Shown: in pieces, positions 11,690 to 25,495 of the stretch
How positions within the stretch are numbered: position 1 is the first letter of the stretch
How the letters are laid out: each line of letters opens with the position of its first letter
Source: the human T2T-CHM13v2.0 reference genome, Homo sapiens
DNA length: 64,000 bases
Assembly (NCBI RefSeq): GCF_009914755.1
Contig: NC_060931.1
Direction: 5' to 3' (one strand)
The notes under the pieces: model-generated
What the model was told of the DNA's origin: nothing
Database searches by the model: none
The model's input: only the letters and a program-made list of their open reading frames with translations
Translations under genes and position numbers: made by a program

Positions 11690-12140
11690 TGCTGCTGGCC
11701 TGGCTCATCTGTGTCAGCTCCACCCTGGACGTCCCCTGTGGCATCAGAAGACAGTTTTCATGAATATTGTCGGCTTTCTAGCTCAAGGTCCTGTGTAGGT
11801 GTGTGCTCAACCCAGCCACAGGACAGGTTGGAAGTGCTGAGTGGTTAGGACTCAGGGACAAATCTTTAACCCATGAAGGATTGCATTTAGAGTTTCAGCA
11901 CCCCAGCTCCCCTACTTCCGGGTGGAATAGTTCAGAGGTGTTCTTTTCTTAACCCTTCAGAAGGTCCCTGGCAGGTTGGGCTGAATTGTCCATAGATGGA
12001 CCCTTTTGCTGGCTTTCCTCCTTTCTCTGTCTCACTCCCCTATTCCTCACCTGGGTATCCTGGGATCACCTCCCAAATAGAGCATTTGCACCCAAACCCT
12101 AATCTCAAGGGTCTACTTTTGGAGAACACAAACTCAGACA
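11690..12140 (+). mobile_element. Ancient ERVL LTR (LTR16/LTR33-like)
   Basis: ggacaggttggaagtgctg...tgggatcacctcccaaata...ttgcacccaaaccctaatctcaagggtctacttttggagaacacaaactcagaca. 5' end approximate. Confidence 0.65.
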
Positions 12141-12149
12141 GAAGTCCTC

Positions 12150-12360
12150 TGCAGGCCAACCATATAGGTTTGGATCCCAATGATGATGCTTCCTGTTTGA
12201 CTTTGGACAATGTATTTAATTGTATGCCTCAGTTTCCTCATCTATAAAAAGAAGATGGTAATTTCACCAATCTTAGAAAATTGTTGTGAGGTTGAAATGA
12301 GGTACCATATACAAAGAGCTCACAACAATGTAAGTGCTGCATAAATACCGGTTATTGTTC
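12150..12360 (+). mobile_element. MIR SINE
   Basis: tgcctcagtttcctcatctataaaa core, followed by ttgttgtgaggttgaaatgagg. Confidence 0.75.
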
Positions 12361-12720
12361 TTATTATTCTTCTTATTCTTGTTATTGAGTGTTGTCTAAG
12401 CACGACCCCAGGGTCTGGGAAATCTTGGAAGAGGTGACACTTCAGCTGAATCCTGAAGGATCAGCAGGAGCTGGGATGAAAAGGAAGGAGAGGGCCACAT
12501 CGAGCAGAGGGAATGAAAGGCTCCACTTTGGAAGTCGCTTCTCTGTCTAAGCTAATAATTCTAGGAGATTATACCCTTTCTAAAGCATCTGAAAATACCT
12601 TCTTTGGTTACAAGATAATTTTTGATATCACTTTTTGTTTTGTATCCACTGCAGAAGAATTAGAGTAGGAGTGGCAAAAAGGACTTTGAGTCCTGTAAGA
12701 GTTAAATCACCCAAATGAGA

Positions 12721-12731
12721 TGTGTGTGTGT

Positions 12732-12792
<61 letters not shown>
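12721..12792. repeat. (TG)6-CACG-(TG)28 microsatellite
   Basis: Read directly from the sequence. Confidence 0.98.
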
Positions 12793-12793
<1 letters not shown>

Positions 12794-13989
12794 CATTTTC
12801 TCCCAAGACAGGAAAAGGGCCTGCAGAATGTAGTCCCAAGAAGGGATATGCCATGCTCCATTTGAGTTCCTGGGTTTGACAGCAGGACTTCACAGGGGCA
12901 TGTGTCTGGTGCACTTAGAGACTAAAGCCCAGACACCAGGGTCCCAGTTTGACAAAGAGCCCTGTCCCTGAGATTGGCATGAGAGCCATGGGCTTGGGAA
13001 AAAGTGTAACATCAGAGACTGGTGTTGGCTGAAGACCAGAGAGCCCTTTCCTGTATGTTTTGCTCCATATGCTGACTCTTGTTCTTGGTGGGTTGTTTTC
13101 TTATATGGTTTGTAATCTCACTTTAGTCAGGCTTTATCTACATGGTCTGGGTTGAAGATGTGGCCCTCCAGGGTGGTTCTGCTTTTGATTCTGCCTAATG
13201 TCTCAGGGGTATTACAGGCTTAGAACCAAGTTTTATGTTCTTTTCTTTTACCATATCGTGCAAGCAATGTAAATTTCAAGTCCTAAAATGGAAGCGGGCG
13301 TGTGGTTAGGAACGATCATGGAATACATTTTCCCCATGCAAAGTAGGACAAAAACAGACAAGTTTCCTTGTTGTCTCAGTTTGCTGATGAATGGATTTTA
13401 CCCTAGCTAACTGTTTTGTTAAGTATATAGCTCTGCGGAGTGACAGTTTCATAAGGGGGTTTCAATTCTCATTCTTCATCTTATGTGGGACCAAGGCTTT
13501 CTCTCTGATTCACAAAAAACATTAAAATTCAAGTACTGTATTAATTGGGATATATTATTAGCAGCTTCAACAGAGACCCCAAATAGCAGTAGCTTAGATG
13601 GGAAAGTTTAGCTCTTTTTCATATGAAAGTCCATGCTGGCACTGTGAAGTAGTCAGAGGTTCAGGTTCCTTCCATATCATCACCTTATCATCCCTAGGGT
13701 GCTGACGTGGCCCGAAAGGGGTCTCAGCTATGCCTATGTTCATGGGTCAAGCTGAAAGTCATCGAAGGATTGAGAACAAGGATATGGGAGAAATAACAAG
13801 ACAAGTCTCTGTAGAGACTGCAATGCCTCTGCTCCAGTGGAGTTGAGATCAGATTTGGATAATCAAAGACATGTGACACGAATTCAGCACCCATAGTAGA
13901 TGGTAATTAAGCCCACAGCACTTCGAGTAGTGAGGAAACCATCAGGCTATGGGTGGTGTAGACAAGCTAAGTAGGTGTAAAGTAGTAAA

Positions 13990-14240
13990 CATATTTGTGT
14001 ATATATATGTGTGTATATATATATATACACATATATATGGTATATATGTGTGTGGTATGTCACTGTGGTGTGTGTGTGTATGGTGTGCGTGTGTATGTAT
14101 GTGTGGTGTATGTGTCTATGAGTGTGAGATGCTGTACATGTCTTTGTGTCTCTGTCTCTAGTGCATGTGTTTGTACAGGTGTGTAGGGGTTATGTGTGTA
14201 CCAGTGTGTATATTTATATGTGTTGTGTGCATGTGTGTCT
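13990..14240. repeat. Degenerate (TA)n/(TG)n low-complexity tract
   Basis: Read directly. It explains the V/C/Y-rich and H/T-rich ORFs here. Confidence 0.9.
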
Positions 14241-16801
14241 ATCCATGAGCTCTGTGAAGCTAGACCCTTTTTTCTGTCACCATTCATTGGAATAAACCAT
14301 ACCTTTAGGATTAAATTATTTGCTAGTCAATCATATTAAGTATAAATCTCATTCCACAAACACACGTGTGCATGAAATAAAATATCGTTTTTCTTCAGCA
14401 GAAGTTAATTTCCATCATAACTCCCATCTCTTCCTCCTTTTGAGATTGTCTGAGTTCCAGAGGACTCATGTAGCACCAGCATGTGAGACCTAGGACCAGG
14501 GCTGGGTGGGGGCAGCAGGAGGCAGGGAAACCTGTCCCAATTTCGAGGGCCAGAGGTCTGGAAGGAGATCTGGGCCCAGCTATGCTGTGTATCATACAGT
14601 GGTGGTCGAGCACCTCTCAGAGGCCCTGCTTGGGACTTGGGTTGTGGATTGTAGTCATTTGCTGTTTTGGTTGTTGATTCACTGGTGAGTGACCCCTTCT
14701 GTCCCTGCTCTTTGTGCTAGTTTAGTGCCACCCTTGGGCACATGTGAGCCAACTGCTGTCATGGAAAACTTGGTAAGTTCCGCAGCCCAGCTCTGCCATC
14801 TTGCCACTTCCACAGATCTCCCACTCACTCTGCTCTCTCAGACTGTGGCTTCCTGCCTGCCCCTCTCTGAGTCTCAGTCTGGAGCAGGCATGGTGTACCT
14901 CTCCACAACCCACCAGTGTCAACCACTGCTGCTTCTCTGCTGTCCTTTACCTAACTGGGAGAACTTTAGTCTGGGTGAGGCAGGGGGCAGGGGGGATGAG
15001 GTAAACTTTATGTCCTCCCATCAGATACTCTTGCAAATCTAATGCACATGCCCTGTGTTTTTCCTATTGCTCCCAAGGCTTAGGCTTTTGGAAATTAAAA
15101 GCCAAGAACTGACTCTTTAAATGTTTTCTCAACTTTCCGCTGTGCCTCCTTATCCCAGAGGCAAGGATACTGTGCCAAGTTGACTGATGCGGAAAGGACA
15201 CATGGTGGAAAGACAGAGGAGAAAAACACATCAGAAAATACATCATGAAGCATATGACCATGCCAGGAGAACCTCATGCTGCTACTGAATAGGATAAAAT
15301 AGCTTCCTGCAATCAGGACTGGGGACCCTGTTTCACACAACAGTGTCTGGCACATGTTTTTGCCCTAGAAGCCTGCATAACCCCTGAGACTTGTCATCAG
15401 TGTGACTAGCTGGGGCTGGTGTCATGGGCAATAAAGGAATTTACCAAGACAGTTGTAGGTATAGAAAGGCAGAATTATTAGAGAAGATATGAAAGTATGT
15501 TGCAAGGTTGCAATAGGCAGCACAGCAGAGAAGGGGCTACTTGCGAAGAGGCAGGGGCCGGAGGAGAGTTTACAGGGTCGTGCTGAAGGGGGCTACAAGT
15601 GGAAGAAGGTTGTGCTGCTGGGGCTACATGTGGAATAAGGTCATTGTGCCTTTGGGTTGTTTGTAATTAGCCATCTCTCAGAAAAATTATTCATGGTTCT
15701 CCCCACCTGGGGCCCCTTCCTCATTGTTGCTTACCTTTCAGGACCCTACATTCCACCCCAAGAGAAAACAATGACAAATCTTTGGCATTGGGGCAGAGAA
15801 CTCGTCTTCCAACTACTTCCTGCTGGCCTGGGGTGTAGAATTGACCCTACCTATGGTTGTTGGTCTGATAGGAGACCCTGTAGGTCATTGTCCCGGATTG
15901 TGGTACTTAGGATATTGCATCTTGCTGGAGGAAGGGACTCATCACAAAGGGGGAACATGTCAAGGTGAAACTGGTGTCTTGCAGAATCCAGGGGAGATTC
16001 ATAAAGGTAGCAGGCATCCCTGGGGTGAGACAGATATTCCATTCACAGCATCATTTGAAGGTGAAACTGCTCAATTCCAGTAGGGGAAATTTTGTTTCTT
16101 AAGCCAGTTACCAAAAAGGCAAAGAAAAACCTTTTGCAGTGTGACTGTTTGTCCTTATTGGAAGCCCATTTAGATAACCTGGAAGTTGAACTCAATGAAA
16201 AAGTGTTTAAATTTAATTAGACACAGCATAGGGAACCAATTTTAGAGAGACTACTATACCTTAATTACATACAATATTCCTTTTATAAATTTCCATTCAT
16301 AGATTTTCTCATGACTTATGCAGACCATCTATGACACACTTGGACTTTCTGTCTTGTCCTAAACATCCCTCTTTTTAAAACAACCAGTCATTTTACTTTA
16401 GGCCAAGAATTTACCATACAAGATCCTTTCTTATATAAATCCTCTTTTCTACAACCTTCCTTACCAAAAAATACCTCTTTACTTTTATAACTTTTTTATG
16501 TCTCTCTTATTTCCTGATTCCTTTGATCTTGTTTAATATAAAACCTTTAAATAACCTTTGAATTAGACAAAAATTATTTTATTTTGTTAGGAAGTTAAGG
16601 TTTGTACTGCATATTGCTGTGTTAATACATATTGTCCATGAAGGGGGAGCAAATGAGGAGGTGATCTACATACTGTAGGTTATCCCCCCTCAAGAAATTG
16701 TTGGGTTAGATTCTTGCTAGGACTTGTCTGAATAAGTGTGAGCTATTTTTAAAACCCTGAGTTAGGTAGGACTATTTAGGTTGAAGTTATTGGTTAAAGA
16801 T

Positions 16802-17120
16802 TTAGGTAGCTTTCCTGGGAGAAATAGGACTATTAGAGGGAAAGATGAATGCAGAGGTTGGGCAAATATTAAAGCAGGCACCCATCTTGGAAAGTATATT
16901 TCCGTCCCAAAGGGGTATGAAGTATTTAGACATTACTGGGGACTTGGGAGAATGGTAATTGGACCCTTCAGTAACATAAAGAAATGTGAATCTTTTCTTT
17001 TGGAGGGAGGGGGTGTCATTTGCTCCAATTACCCAACAGGATTTGGAGGAGAGTTGCTCAGAGAAGGAGATTAGTACAGAGTAGGCAGCTCTTGAACCCA
17101 AAAGGGAAATTTATCATTTT
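16802..17120 (-). pseudogene. Retroviral aspartic protease remnant (inactive)
   Basis: Translation (L)LGSRAAYSVL...IPLWDGNILSKMGA parallels the retroviral LLD(T/S)GAxxSVL...LLGRDILxKLG motifs. The catalytic DSG reads GSR. Confidence 0.7.
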
Positions 17121-17229
17121 ACTTTCCATCTCTAGGGTTGTCCTTGGCTTTGTCTTGTTGATGATAATGTTTGATTTGGAAGCCAGCTGGAGCAGAGAGC
17201 CCCTTTCTCTCAGGGCCATCAGAGGTTGG

Positions 17230-17681
17230 AATTCTGTCCCAGGGACACTTCAGCTCTCAGGGCAGTCTTGTTTCCAGTGGCCAAGCTTGTGACAGAGGGG
17301 GCAAGACACAGAGGGCTTTTTCCGTTTATTCCTTTGGGTCAGTTTGCTTTCCAGTGGCCTGGCCTTCTGCACTGGTGGCAGTTACCTGGAGGGATGTTCT
17401 TAGGGCAACCTGGAAGGGGCTGGGGGCTTGTAAAGCAGCCAGCAGCTGAGCCTGCCTCTTGTCCCTTTGTTTTTCTTTCTTCTTAGCCCTGTCCTCCCTA
17501 TTCTGCTCTCAGTTATAAAAAACTGAGGAGGCTAATTTGAGGACTTCCTGCAATGGGGCCATGCTGTGTTACACAAGAAAACTAGATGCTCCTTTTTGAG
17601 AATCTGAGGATTAAATTTATCCTAATGTTTTAGAATGTAACCCAGAGGTGGCTCTGAATGAAAAGATGGGGTTTGTCCCAT
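17230..17681 (-). pseudogene. gag remnant: matrix N-terminus, short capsid C-terminal piece, two CCHC zinc knuckles
   Basis: ctcaccATGg at 17681 gives MGQTPSFHSEPPLGYILKH(stop). Knuckles read CHQCRRPGHWKAN(stop) at ~17380-17339 and CPLCHKLGHWKQDC at ~17303-17262. Confidence 0.8.
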
Positions 17682-20600
17682 GGTGAGACTAGAAAACGAC
17701 AAGCAACTGAGGATGATGTCTACTAGAGTGGGACACAAGTCGCACTTTCTCTTGGGGCAGGCATCCCACTGAAGAAAGGGGTTCCACTCAAGTCCACTGG
17801 GGGACTTCTCAGATGCATTCCTAGAGGGGTGTCCCACCTATTAGGAAGGATCTCCTGGCGTAGGGCCTTACGCTGTATGGCCAGTCCAGGCATGAGGAAT
17901 GAGGGTGAAGGGAGAACTCAGCTGGAAAGCAACCTAGAAGAGGGGAGAGGAATGGGGAGACTCACTGCTCTGTGGCCACTTGAGATCACCTGATTTGGGA
18001 ACACCTGGAGCAGGAAGTCTGGCTGTCTTCATGGGAGAATTTAGAGTGAGAAAGAGGTGGTCCGAGTTCCCCAGAACATGTGCAGGTTTGTCTTGGTTGA
18101 GCTTTCACCACCAATCATGCTATAAGTAAGGATTGGGGGCTTTTGACTAGAAAGGATAAGAGAGAGCCTTATTCCCTTCTGGGAAAGACAGCCAACCCTG
18201 TTTACCCCCTGGACTTCAGGCAACACCAGAGAGCAGCCCTGACCAGTTACTGTAAGTTGACAAAGGGATACTAGACGTTGGCTGCTGGAAGACTGAAAAG
18301 GAGAAACTGAACTAAGGTCCCTCATCTGATCAGGTGATGGTGGTAAGATGCTTCCACATGGACACCTTCTAGCTTCATCAGGGTATAGCCCTGCCAGAGA
18401 CTGTCAGTTGTTTCTGTTTTTGTGTGCTGTCCACGAAGGGTCCCCAGTTGGAAGAGAGAAAGGGAAAGGGGAGAGAGGTTCCTGTAAGAGCCAAAGAAAT
18501 ATTGTAGGTGCGAATAGCTGGGGCTGGTGTCATGGGCCATAAAGGAATTTACCAAGACAGTTGTAGATAAAGAAAGGCAGATTTATTAGAGAAGCTATGA
18601 AAATACGTTGCAAGGTTGCAATGAGCAGCACAACAGAGAAGTGACTGTCTGCAAATAGGCAGGGGCTGGAGGGAAGTTTTATAGGGTCATGCTGAAGGGG
18701 GCTACATGTGGAACAATGTCATTGTGCCCACCAGTTGTTTGTGACTAGCCATCTCTCAGAAAAATTGGTCATTGTTCTCCCCAACCTGGGGCTCCTTCCT
18801 CATTGTTGCTTACTTATCTTATCAGGACTCCGTAAGACTATTTGAAATTTATAGTGAAAACTATGTATATTTCCCCATCTAGTCTAACAGGTTGTAGACT
18901 TATTTCAAAGTAACAGCAAATAACACAAATATTTTCCCAAATCCAATATTTACAGGAAATGCACCAGTCTCTGATCTGCCCCTGATGTAAGTGTCAGATG
19001 TGCTTCCAGGGCTGTGGCCCATTCCTGTGGCTGGCCAAGGGTCCAGCCTGACCAACAGAACGTTGCTGTAACTCTAGGAATGAGTGCACACTCAACCTGA
19101 GCCGGGGCTTATTGGCTGTACCTCAGGGTTGCCAGCCTTTGTCAAGCTTCCTACTTTGTGGTCCTTCTGGCCTACACTCCTACGGCAGATGGTCAGGGTC
19201 ACCTTTCATGAGAAGGGAATATGTATTGGTAGCCAGGGGCCTGCATGCCATTTCTGGCACAAACACATTGCAGGTTGCAAATCCCTGCTTCACCTTTATG
19301 AAAATGGTATTGATGACCTTCAGGGCAGAGCAGTGTTTTCTTAAAGTAGCTTCTGTCCAAAGGTAATAGACATTATTTGAAAATAGGATTCTGTGATCAA
19401 ATCTCTTTAGCAGGTCAACTTCTCAGAGTCTGTAATATGCAACAGTGCATCATCATACATGTCCAAGATGGGGGTATTTATAATATGCGATGTGAACTAA
19501 ATTCACTTGGCCACTGAACACTCTGACCCTGATAGGTCCCAGTGATGCTGCTAGGTGGAACACGCTTTAAGGAATGTTGTGTGGCACACCTCTCTTCTTA
19601 CAATATATTGTTCTGTGGCTCTGACCATCTTGGTTTGGGGTTAGAGAAAATATTAGCTTGTCTAAGCTAAGTGACTGAGAAGCAGCAATTTGCAATCATT
19701 ATGGAGGCAGCAACTCATTATTCCTGTAAATTTCCAGGTAAAGAAATCAATGGCTGGGTTGTTGCCACGACTTATTTCAGAGCTGAGTTTTTCTGGCTTT
19801 GTCTAAGGTCCAAGTTGTTTCTTTTATTTATGATTTCTTTTTTGAAATACAAGCACAAACTTCAAAACCCTAAAAGATGGTGGAGACTGTGTAAAGTGCC
19901 TTAATGTCTTTCCAGGTGAAAAATCAGTAGCAAATTCATTATTACATTATTTCATCCACCTGCTATTTAGTACCCACTAGGTACTGAGGCCTACAGAACA
20001 TATAAAGTTGAATAAAGCAAAATCCCTACTCTTTATTACATTCTATGCCAGCTCTGTCTGATGTCTTCAGCCATTTATGGTCTAGAAAATGTTACAGTAA
20101 CACATTTATAGATAAAGGGACCCATCTGGAGATGAATGAAGTAAGTGGCTGCCACAGATTTGCTGCTGTGAGGTGAAAAACTGTTCCAAGGCAGCAGGAT
20201 AAGGAAGGAAGATGATTACTTCCTTTCCACTTAATTTCAAAAGATCTGAAATAAGGGCATGGGACCCATCTCAAGATGAGTTGTTCAATAGATGTGAGGA
20301 TCCAGGCTTGGAAATGTGAGCATTGTGGACAAAAGGAGGCTAACTCCACCAACAGCTCAGAGCCAGTGATTCCAGGTGATCTAAACCTCTTTGTTCACTG
20401 TTGAAGACAGCATCTCTTAGATTTCCTAAATCCCACCGTTGGGAACAGCCAAGCCAGTGTTTCATTACAATCTTGGCCCTAAAACAGCATAGTTCATCCA
20501 AGAATGACAGGGTTTTATGAACAGAAATTAGGCTTTGGACCAAGTTTGTAATAAATCTTAAGCTTCATTATATAGGTGAGGAAAAATGACCAACTGCTGG

Positions 20601-22024
20601 ATGACAGATTTGCCATGGAGCAAGAGAATAGACTCTGTGCCATTTCAGGAAGGTTCCACGGCAGATTTTCACTGACTTGTGGGGTGACTTTCTTTGGGGG
20701 CAGTAGTGTGGAAGGAGGATAATAAAAGGCAAAGGATAAAGAGAGGAGCAGTTTGGGGTGGATGTTCCCTTCATTCACTGCTCCATCAAAATCACTTGAA
20801 CCCCCAATGAATGGTAGCATTATATGATGCTTAATACATCTTAAAGGAGAAAACCAAATCATTTTTTTTCTATTCAAGTCTAATGAAGATCTATGTGAAA
20901 AATGGAGTTTTCTCTCTTACTCAAAATGAACAAAAGGTCTGTTAATAATGTTAGGATGTGACCTCACTGAGGTTAAAAATATTTGCTTATGTAAAAAATG
21001 GCAGGTAAACCATTCAGGACTAATGTAAGCAACAAGAAATATAAGAGAGAAGAGGAAATGAAAATGCAGTGGCAACAACAGACTTGGATTAACACCAGTA
21101 TTTTCAAAAGAGCCCAAACAATTTCAGATTCAATAGAAACCACTTTGCCAAGGACTCCGATGCATTTCATCTATCAGCAGGCTTGCTGCCGTTTCCTAAA
21201 GAACGCCCCTGGGATCTGCCGTTTCCCCTTGGTTCCTATGCCAAAGCCAGCCCTGTTCTCTCTTCCTCATACTGTAGCCATCATTGTGTGGCCACAAAGC
21301 TGCCAGGTCGCTCTGTATGCTGCCACTGTTATAAACCACCCTCATGCACTCATGCATTTTTTTCTCCATCTGTAATGAAGGACATTACAGATCATTTATG
21401 AGATGACCATTGCTGAGCCTAAACAAGGAAACTCAGACTGGTCCTGGGTTGTTTGGTGACCTGCTGAGGCCCACAGGCCCACAGATATTTGATTTCTTTT
21501 TTGGAATCTTTTCTTTTTGGAATCTTTTGCTCTGACTGAGAGGGAGACGTGATGCCTAGAGTTGGGGAGTTCTAGGTCTCATTGGAAGGGATGTGGGGGG
21601 CTGTGCCCTTCTCTGGTTCCATGGACAGTTTTCTGAGCTCTTCTAAGAAAGAAGGGTGAACAACAGAAGCTGGGGAAGTTGCTTTTATAAAATGACCCAT
21701 GATGCTGGGGTATGACTATATGATGGAAGGTGGAGGTGAGATGCCCAGAGAATGCTGCTTGGTCTTCCCCTCCCCGCCCCCAGGTGACAGTGTGTTGCAG
21801 ACGTGTTTCCTACTGCTACAGAAAACTCAGCCTCTGCCTGGTCACATGTGGCATGGCAGCTTTGAGAACAGAAGCCTGTGATGAAGCAACTACAGGTTGG
21901 CCAGGAACCTGGTATAGATTAATGAGTGGGTAATCATATACTCTATCTGGGAGTATATGAGGGAGAATGAACTCAAAACATTGAAAAGAATGAGCCAATT
22001 GGGAATTTGAGACAGAGACTGCTA

Positions 22025-22936
22025 GGGCCCACCAATATCTGGGTGCTCTGCTCCTTCTGTGGGCATAGCTAGACAACATTTCCCCACCCCCTTGCATCTA
22101 GATGGGACCATGCAATTAGTCCTGGCCAGTGAAATGTGGCTGGAAGTGTTGCACACCACTTCCAGGCCTGCCTTCTTAAATCTTCTGTGAGATCATACAT
22201 AGTCTCTCTTTATTTGTCTGCTGGCTAGATGCAGAGGATCTAGGAGAGAACTCTGAAGTCCTAGAGGGTAGCTGAGCCACAAGATGGGAGGAACCTGGAT
22301 CCCTCAGTGACTGTGTGGACCAGTCTCTCATACCATACTACATCCCCATCTTTACTGCATTGTGATACAGAGGAAAAAATTAAAACTTTGTTATGTGAAA
22401 CCACTGAGATTTGGAGCTTGCTTGTTACAGTTGAAGGAAACCAAAACATTTCTCCTCAAAACACTGAGGATTGCTAAGTTAAAAACACTAAAAATGCAGG
22501 GGAACACTCTGCCTCAGCCTCTATTTGCTTGACAGCAGGACATAAATCCTTCCTTACTGGACACTTGCTTATTGGCCCAGAGAAGGCAGCAGGAGGCACC
22601 AGAGGAATCTGGAAATAGATTCTACTATTTTCCACTTTCTCCCGCCTTTTCAAAGACGGGAATGTCTCTCTCTTTTGTCTTGACACTATGTACTATTTAT
22701 GGCTCTTTGTTAAAACATTATTTAAGCAAAGCCTCTAAGCCACTGCCTCGAGAGAGAAATACTTTTGAGGCCTCTCCCACATGACAGGTACAGCACTTGT
22801 TAATAAACTTCTGCTTCTTTTTCTTTTATTATTGTGACTTTTGTTTTTAGGAGAGTGTCTCAACTAAGAACATAAAAATGCAAAGAAATAAATTATGTTT
22901 TCTCCCTTCCATAGTCGTTACCATACTGACTAATAC
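22025..22936 (+). mobile_element. Ancient MLT1 (I/J-like) LTR, interrupted near its 3' end
   Basis: catttccccaccc...ttgcatctagatgggaccatg...caccacttccaggcctg...aaaccactgagatttggagcttgcttgttacag, resuming after 22911 to ctgactaataca. Confidence 0.72.
22432..22911 (+). mobile_element. ERV1 solo LTR (LTR37/MER34-group-like) nested in MLT1
   Basis: tgaaggaaaccaaaacatttctcctcaaa ... ttttctcccttcca termini, aataaa near 22802, 4-bp TSD cagt/tagt. Confidence 0.72.
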
Positions 22937-23454
22937 AGAACTGAAGCTGAAAAGCCATGATGTAGAGAGAGGGGCCAAGATTATCTATTTCCTTCTTGAA
23001 AGTTTTTCCCTGAACTTTCCAGAAGTACAAATAAGAGTAAAAACATATCCCTGGACACAGGAGCTGGCGACCTAACTGGCTTGTTTTGAGTTTAAATTTC
23101 TTCTTAATGCCCTGAATGGAAATATTTGACTTCCTCTCTGTAATATATTCATGTTTGCTTCAATATAAAAATACTATTTATAAAGATTTAGCCCTCAAGT
23201 TAAATGGACTTTTAACCTGTGCCTTGGCATCCGCATGTAATAGTCACATTTAAGTTTGGCTCCAAAGATTACTTCCCTCCCTCTTTCCTGGTCATTTGGT
23301 AAAAAGCAAAGCGACTTCATGAAACCACCTATGTAGGGGTTCAGTAAGTTAGCACTCTTTAGATTTCAGATGCCTGCTTTCATTCTTTAAAAACAAAAAT
23401 AAAAACAACTTTGATCCATTTTTTAATACTGATGTTATAATATTAAAATGTTTA

Positions 23455-24095
<641 letters not shown>

Positions 24096-24155
24096 ATTGT
24101 CTGGACTTTTTATTGAAGCTATGTCCTTCTTTGGGGTGGGGCAGCCAAGGTGTGA

Positions 24156-24761
<606 letters not shown>

Positions 24762-24959
24762 TGAATCTCTGAGAAATTCACTGTCCTCGGCAGCACAAGC
24801 TTGCTGAGCTGCTGCCATCAGCCAAGGGGTGAGTGTGAGAAAGGAGTGGCCCTTAGACCCACTTCTCCACGTCTCATCTTAATTTTATCATACAGTCTTT
24901 ACCATAGACTTAACAACCATTATGTTAATATAATACCTTGAGAAAAGTTGTTGGAACCC

Positions 24960-25495
24960 AAAATAATTGAAAGCAGTGACCTGAAGATATATTGGTATGC
25001 CCACATTCATAGCAGCATGATTCAGAACAGTCAAAAGGTGGAAGAAGCCCAAGTGTCCATCGACGGATGAATGAATGAACAAAATGTGGCATACTCATAC
25101 GATGGGATATTATTATTCAGCCTTAAAAGGGCAGGAAACTCTGACACATGCTACAACATGGATAAACTTTGAAGACATTATATTAAGTAAAATAATTCAG
25201 TCTCAAAAAGACAGATATTGTTTGATTCCACGTCTATGAGGTACCTAGAGAAGTTAAACTCACAGAAGAGGAAAGTAGAATGAATGGTGGTTGCAGGGGC
25301 TGGGGCAGGGAGGAATGGGGGTTATTGCTTAATGGGACTGAGTTTCAGTTTGGGAAGATGAAAAAAGTTCTTGAGATGGATGACGGTGATGGTAGTACGA
25401 CAATGTGAATATACTTAAGGCCACCGGACTTATACTCAAAAGTGGTTAAAATGGTTAATTTTATGTTATGTGTATTTTATCACAATTTAAGAAAG
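24960..25495 (+). mobile_element. L1MB-type 3' end fragment
   Basis: cccaagtgtccatcgacggatgaatg...acacatgctacaacatggataaac...agtttcagtttgggaagatgaaaaaagttc...aaaatggttaattttatgttatg. Confidence 0.88.

Larger units (their letters stand above)
15392..18834 (-). mobile_element. Internally deleted ERV1 provirus with MER83-like LTRs (3' LTR 15392-15750, 5' LTR 18500-18834)
   Basis: Two similar ~340-360-bp LTRs, perfect 5-bp TSD agact at 15387-15391 and 18835-18839, purine-rich tract (minus strand) next to 15751, gag/pro remnants inside. Family name from memory of the consensus. Confidence 0.9.

Noticed and set aside
18478-18499. Assignment of the provirus primer-binding site to a specific tRNA
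   Set aside because: The minus-strand tggctcttacaggaacc is too degenerate to assign without alignment.
20998-21375. 125-aa ATG-initiated ORF in non-repeat sequence
   Set aside because: No recognisable domain or supporting gene structure, and the length is within chance expectation. A BLASTP or PhyloCSF check would settle it.
21495-21528. Short tandem duplication of tttttggaatctttt
   Set aside because: Ordinary slippage in T-rich DNA.
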